In this document: in pieces, positions 1 through 13,424 of the stretch
Position numbering within the stretch: the first letter of the stretch is position 1
Layout of the letters: each line of letters starts with the position of its first letter
Assembly: GCF_963921235.1 (NCBI RefSeq)
Contig: NC_086108.1
Span: 65,970,001-66,034,000, forward strand
Origin: Mobula hypostoma
Taxonomy: Eukaryota
Length of the DNA: 64,000 nucleotides
Reading direction: 5' to 3'
Made by a program: the position numbers and the translations under genes
The notes under the pieces: generated by a model
Seen by the model: the letters and a program-made list of their open reading frames with translations, nothing else
What the model was told of the DNA's origin: nothing
The model's database searches: none

Positions 1-169
1 TATCTCTTGCTGTGGCATGGACAGGTGCTTAACTGCTTTACCACAGTAAACAGAGGATAAGAGAGACAAACTGTGATAATCTGGCTCAAGAAATAGTGTA
101 AGGACATTTCCAATAAGTTTAAGCAAGAGGATTTGACAAAAGGTTTGTCATCTATACCATAATCTGGAT

Positions 170-935
170 AATAATGGATCAGCAAATTTGCAGATAACAC
201 CAAGAGTGGGGGTGTGGTGGACAGTGAGGAAGGCTACCATGGCTTGCAGTGGAATCTGCATCAGCTGGAAAAATCGGCTGAAAAATGGCCGATTGAATTG
301 AATGCAGACAAATGCAAGGTTTTGCACTTTGGCTGGACCAAGCAGGATAGGTCTTACACAGTGAACAAAAGGCCACTGAGGAGTGTGGTAGAACAAAGCG
401 ATCTGGGAATGCAGGTACATAATTTGTTGAAAGTGGTATCAAAGGTAGATAGGGTCATAGAGAAAACTTTTGGCACATTGGCTTTCATAAATCAATGTAT
501 TGAGAACAAGAGGCAGGATGATATGTTGAAGTTGTAGAAGACGTTAGTGAGACCTAATTTGGATTATTGTGTGCAGTTTTGGTCACCTACCTACAGGAAA
601 GATGTAAATAAGGTCGAAAGAGTACAGAAAAAATTTACAAGGATCTTGTTGGAGTTATAAGAAAAGATTGAATAGGTTAGGACTGTGCTCTTTAGAATGT
701 AAAAGACTGAGAGGAGATTTGATAGAGGTATACAAAATTATGAGGGGTATAGATAGGGTAAATGCAAGCAGGCTTTTCCACTGAGTTTGGATGAGATTAC
801 ATGGATGGTAGGGGTTTGGAGGGCTATGGTCCCAGTGCAGGTCAATGGGAGTAGGCAGTTTAAATGGTTTGGGTATGGACTAGATAGCCCAAAGGAATTG
901 CTTCTGTGCTGTACTTCTCTACGATTCTATGACTG
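170..935 (+). mobile_element. CR1 LINE 3' fragment (RT C-terminus and 3' tail)
   Basis: SKFADNTK, LEKSAEKWPIELNADKCKVLHFG (ORF 214..537), VRPNLDYCVQFWSP, and a CR1-type ctatgact tail. Confidence 0.85.
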
Positions 936-959
936 TAGGTAAAAGTTAGAAACAAAGAT

Positions 960-2000
960 CATGGAATAGAATAACAGGCACTTGAAGAAATTTCAAGTCG
1001 TTATAGGCAAGCCTTTTTAAAATGTAAATTATATTGAATTTTTTGATGAAGTAAGGAAGAAGGTTGATGAAGAAAATGTGATGGGTGTTCTCTATTTGGA
1101 TTTTAATGAAATATTTGACAGAATACTATATTAACAGCTGGTGATCAATAATTAGGCTCATGGAATAGGAGAATCATTTTCAGCTCTAATAAGATAAATC
1201 AGCTTAAGGACAGAAAATAGTGAACTGTGGTGAATAGTTATTTTTTATATGGGAAGCTGTCAGACATTGGTGACCCAAATGATCTTTATAGGAATCACTG
1301 CCTTTTTGGATCCACAATAATGATTTGGATTTTAGAATCCAGAGTGAAATTCCTAATTTTGACAGTGATATAACCTTGGAAGGGTGGTGGGGGTGAATGT
1401 ACATCTCTTACAAAGGAGGTATAAGGCGCACTTTCCCTCCGCTAGCCTGCAAGTCACCCTTGGGCAAGCTGTAGCTCTTCCTTAGCTCCCCACTCAGGGT
1501 CATGGGAACAGCTGGTGCATACCACAGGTCCTAGTTATGCACCCACTGACAGCAGGCAGACAATCTCTGAAGAGCATTGATAATGGCTGGGGTCATCCAC
1601 TCTTGTAAAGACACTGCGCAGAAGAAGGCAATGGCAAACCACTTCTATAGAAAAAATTGACAAGGACAATCATGGTCATGGATAGAGAAGAACTTCTCAG
1701 ATTAAAGATAAATGGAAGACCAGGACTATCCGCGTCATACGACATGGCACATGATGATGACGATGATGATTGATGATCCACTTGGAAGTTTTGCTGTGAG
1801 AATGCAATCAACTGCAACAAAACATAGATGGACTAGAAAGATGGGCAGGTAAGTGGTGGATAGAATTTAATACAATGAAATGTGTAAGAATATATTTTAT
1901 CAGAAAGGATGTGACAAGGAGATATAGATAGTTCAAAAGTGTGTGCTGGAACAGAAGGATTTGGGGATCATTTGAATTAATCTTTAAAGGTAAAAGGTGC
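960..2000 (+). mobile_element. Old CR1 RT fragment split by an insertion at 1383-1780
   Basis: Decayed IEFFDEV..YLDF before the insert; LQQNIDGLERWAGKWWIEFNTMKC after it. Confidence 0.65.
1383..1780 (+). mobile_element. Non-autonomous RTE-derived element with (GAT)n tail
   Basis: TSD cttggaag at 1375-1382 and 1781-1788; RTE/Bov-A-like motif gaaggcaatggcaaaccac; gatgatgacgatgatgat tail. Confidence 0.7.
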
Positions 2001-2419
2001 ATTGACAGAATGATTTCATCTAATAACTAAAACCAATATGCAATAATAAATTTTGTGGCTTTCTGCTTCTGCATTTTGGTATTACAGTTATTTGAAATGA
2101 TTGTATTCGATCTCTTGCATTGCATTGGGACAAAAGAAAGCAGGGACTAGAAGGAAATAGATTTGATCATTATAGTCTCTTCTCATGTCAGCACTGTGAT
2201 GCAACACTATAGAAGTTATTACAGCTTAGCAAAGACTTTCTGCTGACACAAAACCTGTGACGATATTTTCCAATGGCAATGATAGGTACATGTAGTAGTG
2301 ATATTTTGGACTGAGTGATTTGTCAAATTTAGCTTGCTGCTGATCAGATTTGCACAGTCATCAATATTAAAAGCAGTAAGTGCTTGAAGCACTCAGGAGG
2401 TCCTGACCAGAAGCTCTGT

Positions 2420-3330
2420 CCCAGAAAACAGACCAGAGCCTCTACTTCTTCAGAAGGCTAATAAAATTTCCCATGCTCACTATCACCCTCACCAGTTTAT
2501 ATTAGATGATGATTAGATTAGATTAGATTAGATTAGATTAGATTAGATTATGAGGACACACAGTCCTCTTTTATTGTCATTTAGTAATGCATGCATTAAG
2601 AAATGATACAATGTTCCTCCAGTGTGATATCACAGAAACACAAGACAGACCAAGACTGAAAAACTGACAAAAACCACATAATTATAACATATAGTTACAA
2701 CAGTGCAAGCAATACCGTAACTTGATAGAAGAACAGACCATGGGCACGGTAAAAAAAGTCTCAAAGTCTCTCGAAAGTCCCAACATCTCATGTAGATGGC
2801 AGAAGGAAGAAAGACTCTCTCTGCCATGAGCTTCCAGCGCCACAAACTTGCTGATGCAGCATTTTGGAAGCACCCGACCACAGTCCGACTCTCAGTCCGT
2901 CCGAAAATTTCGAGCCTCCGACCAGCCCTCCAACACCGAGCACCGAGCACCATCTCTGCCGAGCGCTTCGACCCCAGCCCCAGCCACCAGCCACCAGCAA
3001 CAGGCAAAGCCGAGGATTTGGGGCCTTCCCTCCAGAGATTCTTAATTGCACAGTAGCAGCAGCAGCAAACTGTGCATATAGATGCATTACAGAAAGCATC
3101 CAATCCGAATGCATTAAAGTTTGATATGGCAACTGCTCTGCCCAAGTCTGAAAGAAATTGCAGAGTATTGTGCACACATTTCAGTTAACCACGGAAACCA
3201 ATCTTCTCTGCATGGACTGTGTCTACACTTCTTTCTGTCTTTGGAAAACCACCAATGTAAGCAATGACTCCACCCATACCAGTCATTCTCTCTTCTTCCC
3301 CTTCCCATTAGACAGAAGAAAGCACCTACC
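2420..3330 (+). mobile_element. Rex1/Babar LINE fragment split by a minus-strand insertion
   Basis: LYFFRRLIKF before the insert; YRCITESIQSECIKV and KKLQSIV after it. Confidence 0.6.
2505..3075 (-). mobile_element. GC-rich non-coding retroposon with (CTAAT)n tail
   Basis: (attag)n at about 2510-2549 next to ttttattgtcat (minus-strand AATAAA); interrupts the Rex1 frame; no RT motifs. Confidence 0.6.
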
Positions 3331-3599
3331 ACCAGGCACCAGCACAAAGGTAGCATCTATCCCACTGAGAGGGAAAAAATTAAAAGGAATCTGAGGGGCA
3401 ACTTAGTTCTGGATTCCCCTATCCTAGGGAAAACAATATTACTGTCTATTTTATCTAATTTTAAATATTTCCATAAGGTCACCCCTTGTTTTCCTACAAT
3501 GCAAGGAATAAAGTTGTCAGGACTAGAGGAAGAGTTTAACCTGGACAACCCTGCCTAATGCCCTACTATATATAGTATAATTTCTACTCTGATTTGACT

Positions 3600-4186
3600 T
3601 TTTAAAAATACATCACCTCATGCTCATCTGTATTGAAAACTATTTGCTATTCCTTGGCTTATTTCTCCAACTGCTCAATATCCCTTTGTAATTTGCAATA
3701 ACCATCTTCACTATCAATATCTCCTAATTTTGTGTCATCTGCAAACTTGCTGATCAAGCTTTGTGCAATCACATCCAAAGCATTTATATAAGTAACGAAT
3801 AACAAGGCTCCCAATATTGACCCCTGCAGATCACCATGATTCACTGGCCTCTAATTCAAGAAGTAACCTTCTTACCTCTTCTTCTTAACTACGAGCTAAT
3901 TTTGAATCCATCCAGCTAGCTGTCCCTGGATTCCATGGGCCCTAACCTTCCAGACCAGTCTACCATATGGAACCTTATCGAAAGCCTTACTAAACTCCAA
4001 ATAGACAAAATCCACTGTCCTATTCTCATCTACCTGGTTATCTCTTCAAAAGGTTCTAAAATGTGTAACAAACATGACTTTACATGAACAAAGCCTGGCT
4101 GACTCCTCCTAATCAGGCTTTGTCTACCCAAAATTTGGTAGATCCTGTCATTCAGCATTCTTTCCAGTAACTTCCCCAATACAAAT
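3600..4186 (-). mobile_element. CR1 RT fragment
   Basis: QGSILGALLFVTYIN..ISKFADDTKLG (ORF 3659..3844) and QPGFVHVKSCL. Confidence 0.85.
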
Positions 4187-4472
4187 AACAAGCAACACAC
4201 ATCAAAGTTGCTGGTGAACGCAGCAGGCCAGGCAGCATCTCTATTAAGAGGTACAGTCGATGTTTCAGGCTGAGACCCTTCGTCAGGACTAACTGAAAGA
4301 AGAGCTAGTAAGAGATTTGAAAGTGGGAGGGGGAGAGGGAGATCTGAAATGATAGGAGAAGACAGGAGGTGGAGGAATGGAGCCAGGAGCTGGACAGTTG
4401 ATTGGCAAAAGGGATATGAGAGGATCATGGGACAGGAGGCCCAGGGAGAAAGAAAAGGGGGTGGGGGGGAAA
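4187..4472 (-). mobile_element. Penelope-like pseudo-LTR fragment with hammerhead motif
   Basis: Near-identical to the arms of the PLE at 60595-61552; hammerhead motif at 4254-4291. Confidence 0.8.
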
Positions 4473-6775
4473 CTATCCAAACTCATTCACAGAGAACCTT
4501 TACAATCAACAGGTCCTCTGGAGAATATTTATAGTATCAGTATTTTAGACCTATGGTTGTCAGGCACCCTTTTCAACTGTGGCATGGTTGGGGTAGAAAG
4601 CTTTGGGAGGGGCATAAGAGTGAAATCAAACAATTCATTTTTCATTTTCAAATATTTTAATTACCAAGGTAGGCAAACAGTTAAGTCTCTATACTTAGAA
4701 ATGCAGGGTCAAAAGTGTAATTTGGTCAATATTTAGAAAATGCTAAAGTAAATAGCTTGGGCCTCTGTAGATAGTTTGTCGAAACAAAATACCTTATGTG
4801 AAAATAGGTTAGATTTTCAGAAATGGGTCACATGTAAGAGAAAAATATATCAGTGACTCACAGTGAATGCTAATTCACTGAATTGTTTCATGTGAAAGCC
4901 AGACCTGACCTTGACTGTGGTAAAGGGCAAGGATCATCTTCTGCATGATTTAAAACCGAAAAATATTGATACTAGTTCCATGATACTTTTAAAGCTTATT
5001 TTATCTACCTTCCTTTGATTGGTCTTCTGATCAGTTTAGATATTTTGCTCTTAGAAAATGTAAATTTTTGGCATAAAGCAATGCCATTGGCTAGGGCAAG
5101 CTGAACAAATCAGCGGGTTTACCTTTGATCCTTGTGTGTGGAAGAATGCATGAGTAAAGAAATGGGAAACCACTTTATCAAATCTTGAATTATATTAAGT
5201 TAGAACTTTGTGTACACAGATTTCCAATTAAGTTGGAATTCTGAGTATTGTCATTTATATTTACATACTGATTGCTAATAGGTATATGTAATTAAACTAA
5301 TACATTCTGTACAGTAATAAAGTAAAACTTAAATATAGATTTTAAATCCTTTCATTCTCCATAGTGATTGCCTGTTTGGCGAAAAATCAAAGTGACACCA
5401 CATCAGAGTATCAGATGTTTTATCTAGATGTCTGGTATGCAAGTTAGAATCCTTATCAACAGACAAATCAGACAAAAAAAAAGTCTATGGATCACTGACC
5501 CTGACTTTAAAGTGACTGCACCACTCTGCTATTAGGTTTTCCTTTATTTTCTGGTGAGACGAACCTGGGACAACCCAACAATGCAGTCAACCAATGATCT
5601 CCAAATCCCAAGTGTGGTTATTCATACCTATAATAAGGTGTATGGTGAAAAGAAATATCCAGTTACTACTTGATATTTGTAATAATTCATTCTTTTTACA
5701 CTACTCTCACTGAGAATAGGAGTGAATTATCAGTGTGACTTATGCTATCTTTGACAACTATAAGCCCTTTACAATCTGATGTGATGTGCTGTGACAACTA
5801 TTAGTCTGGCAATTTGAAAATGTCACAGAGATCTCGGTATAATCCTTGAGTTAGACATGCCTCCAGGAAAATTATCAGAAATGCATCTCAATTAATATTG
5901 AAAGATACTCAGCAAATATTTGTATATGCTCTATATTTGTAAAATAATTTCCTGCTCTGGCATAAATTATGTAAACAAAAGGTCTGCATAAAATGTTTTG
6001 TTTTTGCCTCCTCATCAGTCAAGAATTATTAATTGTGTCTTTTATTGATAACATTTTAATCTATCAAATCAATCTTTCTGTTACTTTTCACTTGTTGCTG
6101 CTTACAGCCCAGCCACCATAGCTCAGGCCTAATGAAGCTGTCTTTACACATTTAGAACAATAACCAATATTGTTTGATTAGATTGTACTTGACTAAACTC
6201 AACTGATAGAAGCCATGGATTTTAACAGGATCTTTAATCATATTGTTCCATACACATGAATGAATACGAGACTAATATGTTATAATTTTGAAGAAAAATA
6301 ATAAAAATTGGAGGATTGTAACAGATTTTAGGAGAAAATGTGCCCAAGACCTTTAAGGTGTTGAGCACATTTCCTATTGTAACTCTAGCAAGTGCAACAG
6401 AACCCAATGGCAGATATTTGATCAGTGGGGCTTGAATTCCCCTTTTAAGAAGAAAGGCCTCCTTACGAGAAGTAATAGCTGCCATTGCAGGGGAAATATT
6501 ATTTGGACTCCAGACTCAGGTCTGATTCCATGAGAAAAGTGCAAGGCCAAGGCAAAGAGAGAACTTCTTTCAAAAACATTGAATTAAGCCTTTAAATTGG
6601 GTGGATTGGATGATATATCCAGACTTAGAAAGTGGACTGGGAAAGATATCTTCAATAAGAAGCATGTTCTTCTTTATCCTTCTGCTGTCTAATGACGGCA
6701 ATTATAGAGGTGTTATATTGCTCCTTTCTCCTTTGATAATTAGGTGCCAACCTGCTTCATTATTTGTTTCATAGA

Positions 6776-7125
6776 CTCAAAGTTCAAAGTTAATTCATTA
6801 TCAAAGTACGGTTGTTAGCATATACCACCTTGAGATTCATTGAGATTCTTGCGACATTTACAGGAAAAGAGAAACATAATAGAATTTTATGAAAAACTAT
6901 ACATAAACAGACAAAGACTAACAAACAATCAATGTGTAAAAGAAGATAAATAAAACTAATACTGAGATCATCAATTGTAAAGAGTACTTGAAAGTGAATC
7001 TGTAGGTTGTAGAATCAGTTCAGAGTAATGGTGAATGAAGTTATCCATGCTGGTTCAGGAGCATGATGGTTGTAAGGTAATAATTTCTTGAACCTGATGT
7101 AGGAGCTAAAGTTCCTGTACCTTTT
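6776..7125 (-). mobile_element. Rex1/Babar LINE 3' end
   Basis: Minus strand encodes RFKKxYxTTIMLLN-like C-terminus, then 3'UTR and (tttgaac) tail. Confidence 0.55.
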
Positions 7126-7213
7126 TCTGTAACTCAGTACAGGTCAAGATCCTTTGGCAATTATTCCAGTGGAGCAATTGAGAACATTTTATCTAGGTCC
7201 TGCATAATCTTAT

Positions 7214-7478
7214 ATAAAGGAAAGGTACTTTGCATCCGGAGTTTCTCCGGTTAGCGGACAATTTCCCTCCACGCCACTCTGACGTAGTGGGGAACCACGT
7301 ACGAGGCAAGTTACAGCAGTGGTTTGCCATTGCCTTCTGCCGGGTGAGTTTCCAAAGAGATCATCAGCTCGTAACCCAGCACGGATGGAAAGCGTGCAGG
7401 GGAGCCGGCTGGCTGGATTTGAACCCGGGACCTTTCGTCCCAAAGTCCAACGCTAATGCCGCTACACAACCAGCCGGG
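7214..7478 (-). mobile_element. tRNA-derived SINE with RTE-related body
   Basis: Minus strand shows A-box-like tggttgtgtagcgg, B-box ggttcaaatcc, RTE motif gaaggcaatggcaaaccac and tacctttccttt tail. Confidence 0.75.
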
Positions 7479-8404
7479 TATACCTCAATTAAAACACTCC
7501 TCCACCTCCTTTGCTTCTGAAAAGGAGTCAACTCCAGACTATCCAAATTTTCCTAATGTTAGAATTGGCAACATCTCTGTAAAGCTTCCCTCTACACCCT
7601 CTAGTTTTATCACATCATCCTTGAGTATAACAAACAGAACTGTACAGGGTCTTTACGTTTTGTCCAAACCACGGTTTCATTCTTTTTCTGTGCTTTAGCT
7701 TATTATTTCATAGATGATACATCATTCTGTTCCACAAGAGAGAGGGTAAGTGGATCTAGAGGTTGCACGCAGCACACTACAATGAATGGTATTGGATGCA
7801 AGCTGCATGACTATTAAATTAGTGGACAGTTATTGTGCTGGTCACATCAGAAGCAACAGACATTAAATTGATCTCAGATAATAATCTCTGATTCTGTTCT
7901 CATACTGTTGCATTTATCCCTCTGAAGGAAAATTAATGGAATATGTGAAGAAGGAGCAAATGGAATTACTAATGCACTGAAAGTTTCATATCGAGAACGC
8001 TTCATCTGAGTGTTTGCAAAGTCAAAATTTACAGCCAGCCTAGACTTTCAGGAAATTGGCACTCAAAACCTTCTTATCTTATAAATAAAATACAGCTGAA
8101 TTTATACATCTGACATGAACTGGTTGGTTTATATTGCTCATGTCTCCAGAGGTAATGCAGAACGATCATTAAAGGATAAAAATTAGGGCTCTATGATCCC
8201 AATGGTTCTTAGTAGTGATAGTCCTGTGAAACAGATTTTTACAGGCAACCTTGATATATACTGCAGAACTCCATCAATGCCTTCCTCATAAGTCTAAGCC
8301 AAATACCTGAGAATTCCAATGTCCAATATTCTACGGCAATCAATGAAGTGAGGTGCAATTTACTTTAAGGATCAATGAGTGATACTTTTCTTCCAAATCT
8401 CATT

Positions 8405-8690
8405 TTTTATTATTTGTTTTATTGACATCCAGCATGGAATAGGCCCTTCTGGCCCTTTGAGCTGTGCTGCCCAGAGATCCCTCGATTTAATCTTAGCCTA
8501 GCCATGGGACAATTTCCAATGACCAATTAACTTACCAATAGGTACATCTTTGGACTGAGCAAAAACCGAAGCGCCTGGAGGAAACCCACGCAGAGAACAT
8601 TAAACTCCTTGCAGGCAGTGGCAGGAATTGAGCTGGGGTCACTGGTACCTTCAAAGCATTATGCTAACCACAATGCCACTGTGCTGCTCC
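8405..8690 (-). mobile_element. HE1-like V-SINE
   Basis: tRNA-like head, V-domain gcgtgggtttcctccaggcgcttcggttt..cagtccaaagatgtac, A-rich tail. Confidence 0.75.
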
Positions 8691-9344
8691 ATTTGTACAT
8701 AATGTACAATGGTGTATAGGTTATTTTTGGTGTTGTGAAAATTAAGATTGTGTTATTTATTTAAAACTATAAATATAGTGGTTGTAAATATGTTTGAAGC
8801 TTACTATTGCATGAACTCTTGTGTACATACAACTTTCCATAAATTATAAATATTTAGTTTTATAAAAGGTAAGTAAATCTGAATCCAACATGAAATATCA
8901 TAAAAGGGAAATTATTGGATGTTTCTGAGCTAAGGATATTTCAAGCTGTTTTACAACCAGTGAAGTACTGTTGACAAGCATTTACTTTTGTACCTTCGTG
9001 AAATATGTCAGCTAAATTGCTAATATTCCTTAAGTGATGCCCTTGGATCTGTAAATGTGACAGATAAAAGTGTGCCACAGTCCATTGATACAAATAATGG
9101 TTCTGTTGGGATGAGTGGGGTGTTGGCTGGTGCACTATTAATGTAGTGTAAATCGATTTCCAGAGGAAAGCTTTATATTTTGGCTCCTGATTTTTGACAG
9201 AAATGTTAGAAGACCAACGACAGATACAAAACAATTATCTGAATAAAATACAGTAGGTAGAAAGTTTACTCACAAATCCTACGTGCAAGTTTGACAAAAC
9301 CCAGTTTGGTAAATGGCTCAGAATTTCAAAGTCCTGAACTTCAG

Positions 9345-9822
9345 TGTTGTGTTTAGTCTGGTCACCTCATTATAGGAAGGACATAGAAGATTTAGAAAGG
9401 GCGTAGAGGAGATTTACCAGGGTGCTGCCTGGATTAGAAAACATGTTTTATGATGTAAGGTTGAGCAAGCTAGCGCTTTTCTTTTTGAAGCAAAGGAGGA
9501 TGATAGAAGATGATAAGAGGCATAGATAGAGTGGAAATCCAATACCTTTATCCCTGGGGGGCAATGACTGTAATGAGTGGACATAATTTAAAGGTGATTG
9601 GAGGGAAGTATTAGGGGGGATGTCAGGGGTAGTTTTTATTTACACAGAATGATGGTGGTAGAGACAAATCTATTAGGGACATTTAAGATGAACTTAGATA
9701 GGAATATGGGTGAAAGAAAAATGGAGCGCTATGTGGGAGGGGAGTGTTAGTTTTTTTCTTGGAGTAGGTTAAAGGGTCGGCACAATATTGTGGGCAAAAG
9801 GCTTGCATTGTGCTGTACTTTC
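9345..9822 (+). mobile_element. CR1 3' fragment (tail resumes at about 10722)
   Basis: WSPHYRKDIEDLERA-type sequence and CR1 3'UTR gggtcggcacaatattgtgggc. Confidence 0.8.
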
Positions 9823-9826
9823 CAAA

Positions 9827-10721
9827 ACTTCCGGTTAAGTTAGTGCTACCGAACGCATACGACAGCTCTCGGTGGTTAAAAACTTCAGAAATCCAACTAA
9901 AAACATCACTAACGATACCTCTCTGAGGCAAATTATGTTAAATTATTGCCGCAAACAGTGAAGGGGCACGTGATGGCGAGGCAAGTTTGGGGGATGAGCT
10001 GAAATGGTGTGTAGCAGAATCAATGCAGATGGAGTTTCGATATCCATACAACTGCCCCATTGCGTGGTTGGGCTGTTCTGGGTGCTGAGAGAAGTCGGGG
10101 CCTGGGTAGGGGAGATTTGATGCCTGTTAACTGGCCCATGTTGGATTGTTCTGGGCATTGAACTGATTTGAAGAGCTTGAGAGCAGCTTTGGGCTGGGCA
10201 GTGAAATCTGGGCCTGGTGTGAGTCATTGGGCAGCGTGGCCCAGGTGTGGAGCCTTTCACTGCAGCAGTGCCCATGTCCTCGTGTGAGGTATGATACGCC
10301 AGCCCAAATCAGGGTGAGAACTGATTTTGCTCGCTCTCCTCCATGTTCACTCTTCTCTCAAGGGCTCTGGAGCTTTTTGCTGTTCTGTTTGGACAATTTA
10401 AACACTGGCTCAGATAGACTGAAAAGGTAAGTGTTGGGATCCAGGGCGAGAGCCAGTTTAGCTCGTTCTTCCCAATGGTTGTGCAGACGACCTGGCCGAT
10501 GTGCTCCATGCCAGCTAATATGATGAACTTCTAGGCTGCTCTGGGATACGGATCTGTTGACTTAATTTTTCATTCGGAACGTTGTTGTTCGCTTCAATTG
10601 TTTGCATGATTTGCATTTGGGTTCTTTAGGGCTTCTTGCTTTGTGGCTAACTGTGAGTAAGCAAATCTCAAGGTTGTATAATTTATGCATTCTTTGATAA
10701 TAAATGTACTTGAATCTTGAA
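9827..10721 (+). mobile_element. Non-coding retroposon with Rex1-type 3' tail, inserted in a CR1 tail
   Basis: 3' end aatctcaaggttgtata..tttgataataaatgtacttgaatcttga resembles the LINE 3' end at 6776-6840 (minus strand); no RT motifs in the body. Confidence 0.5.
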
Positions 10722-11554
10722 TTGTGTTCTATGTTCTGTTCTTTGTATGTTCTTTCTTAATTAAAAGGTAAGTGAATGTGCAAGATGAAATTAAAACATC
10801 TTTTTAAAAAATTGTCATCTGCAGGCTTCCATTTGTAATATCCGTGCAACTTAATATAGTACAGGGCAAAATTCCAATAACCATCCTCTTTTATAATCAG
10901 CATTGCCCTATGGAGGTAGCCAAACAAAAGCCTTATGGTAGTTATTCCAAATGCACATATCAAACTTATGCTGAGATTGAGTACCCATTAAGTTAGAGAT
11001 TTTTTTTCGACGTGGCTTGATGTCATTCAGGGATTAGGTTAAACCTAAATTCTCAATGACCCCAGTAATCCTTAAAGAAAGAAAAATGTCATCAATATCA
11101 ATATCACAAATGTGAAAAGTTTGCTTCCCAAACACCATCCAATCATCTGTATTTCTTATAACATATGCTACAATTTTCCCTGATACCACGAATAGTTTTT
11201 TCTTGACAATTTGGGAGTCCAGTTATTATCGTGATATATTTTAATATAAACAATAGTTTGATTGGTTCTATACATGAATGGAACACTGAAGGAAAAGTTA
11301 CCTATTGGTTTTGCAAAGTACAAAATCCTTCAAGACATCTATTGCATTTAAACCTGTGCAGACACTAAACATCCAAGACCAAACTTCCTGGTAAGTAGCA
11401 TACCTTGTAAAAGAGTTCAATACATCACATTATACACTACATTTCTCAAATTAATACCATAATGGATCAAAGTTATGTTTGCCAGTGTTTTCTGTCAATA
11501 CAAAACTGAATAAAACATAAATTTGAAAATATGCATATTATGGACATATATGCA

Positions 11555-12745
11555 ATACCTGGACAATGCAAATACCTATGTCAGGATGCTGCTTAATGCC
11601 CATAGCTTGGCGTTTAACATCACCATTCCTACAGTCCTGATCAAAAAGCTACAGAACCTAGGCCTCCCTCTGCAACTGGATTCTCGATTTCTTAACTGGA
11701 AGACCACAATCTGTGCGGATTGGAAATAACATCTTCACCTTGCTGACAATCAATATTAGCATACCATAGGGATGTGTGCTTAGCCCACTGTTCTACTGTC
11801 TCTATACCTATGACTGTCTGGCTAGGCATAGCTCAAATGTCATCCATAAATTTGCTGATGATACACCCATTGTTAACAGAATTTCAGATGGTGATGAAAG
11901 AGCGTACAGGAGTGAGATATACCAGTTAGTTGGGTGGTGGGTGTTGCAACAACAACCTTATACTCAGTGTCAGCAAGACCAAAACGTTGATTGTGAACTT
12001 CAGAAAGGATAAGATGAGGGAACACAAACCAATCCTCATCAAGGGCCCAGAAGTGGAGCGAGTGAGCAATTTCAAGCTCCTGGGTGTCAAAATCTCTGAG
12101 GAACTAACCTGGATGCAACATATTGATGTACCTATAAAGAAGGCAAACCAGCGGCTATATTTCATTAGGAGTTTGAGGAGATTTGGTTTGTCAACTAAAA
12201 TACTTGAGCACTTCTACATATGTACTGTGGTCAGCATTCTGACTGCCTGCATTACATCCTGGTATGCGGGGGTGGGGGCTACTGCACAAATAGGAAGTAA
12301 GTTGCAGAAACTTGTTAAGATTAGTCATCTCCAACATGGGTACTAGCCTTTGTAATATCCAAGTCATCTTCAAGGAGCACTGCCTTAGGAAGGAGGCGTT
12401 CATCATTAAGGACCCCCACCACCCAGGACATGCCCTCTTCTCATTGTTACCTTTGGGAAGGGGGTACAGAAGCCTGAAGGCTCACTCTCAGTGATTCAGG
12501 AACAGCTTCTTCCCCTTTGCCATCCAATTTTTAAATGAACATTGAACTCATGAATAATACCTCACTACTTTTTATTTGCTTTTTTGCACTATTTATTTTA
12601 AATTAACTATTTATAGACACGTACCATGTATACTTTTTCTCTATGTTTATTTATAATATATTTCATTGCACTGCTGCCGTAAAATTAAAAAACTTCATGA
12701 CATACTATATGCCAGTGATATTAAACCTGATTCTGATTTTGATGA
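11555..12745 (+). mobile_element. Rex1/Babar LINE, 5'-truncated
   Basis: YLDNANTYVRML, LSPLFYCLYTYDC..KFADDT, NNLILSVSKTKTLIVNFRK, KANQRLYFIRSL; (ctgatt) tail. Confidence 0.85.
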
Positions 12746-13424
12746 CTATTAACTAATATTTTGGGAGCATTTTTCAGTCAATATTGGTGTTCAAAATGAC
12801 TTTTCTAGGGTGGTTTATCAAGTTTTCTGACAACTCAGTTAGACACAACAATTCCCATGTATTTTTAAATTCATAAGTGAAGCACATATCATTCTTTTCA
12901 CCTTTGTGAAGTCATCTGTAGGATCACAAGCTTATTATTAAAGCAACTTAAGTTTCCTCTGTACGTCTTATCACACTGTGTCAATGCCTAATAAGAAAAG
13001 ACTGCTTTGCAGGGAAATTAGCCAACAGCTAGTCCATGTTTCTTTTAGTAAACTTGACAGATAGGAAGTTGATTTTTGCCCTTCAGGGTGAAAAGGTTTA
13101 CAATGACATCCAGTTTCCGTTCCTGACACAGCTATTAACCTTTGTCTTGATCATTTCTGCAATAGGTTACCTGTGAACAAACTGGAGACATCCTGTAGAT
13201 TATTGTCCTTCTGGTCTCATATGTTTTCAGTGGTGTGTGTAGGTGGTGCGGATTATATTTTTGCTGGTAATGAAACTACTGGTGCATTGTCTTTTCTCTT
13301 GGGTGAGAAGATGGGCAGTGACCCACGGGGAGGAGCTGAAGACAGCTTGCTGTGAGATAGGAAGGTGGCATGCATTTCCCCTAGAACTCACAAAGTAGGA
13401 AGGTTAAATAAAATGCTGGCAGCA

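Noticed and set aside
7400..7478. tRNA gene
   Set aside because: The tRNA-like head continues into a SINE body and tail; no full cloverleaf is evident.
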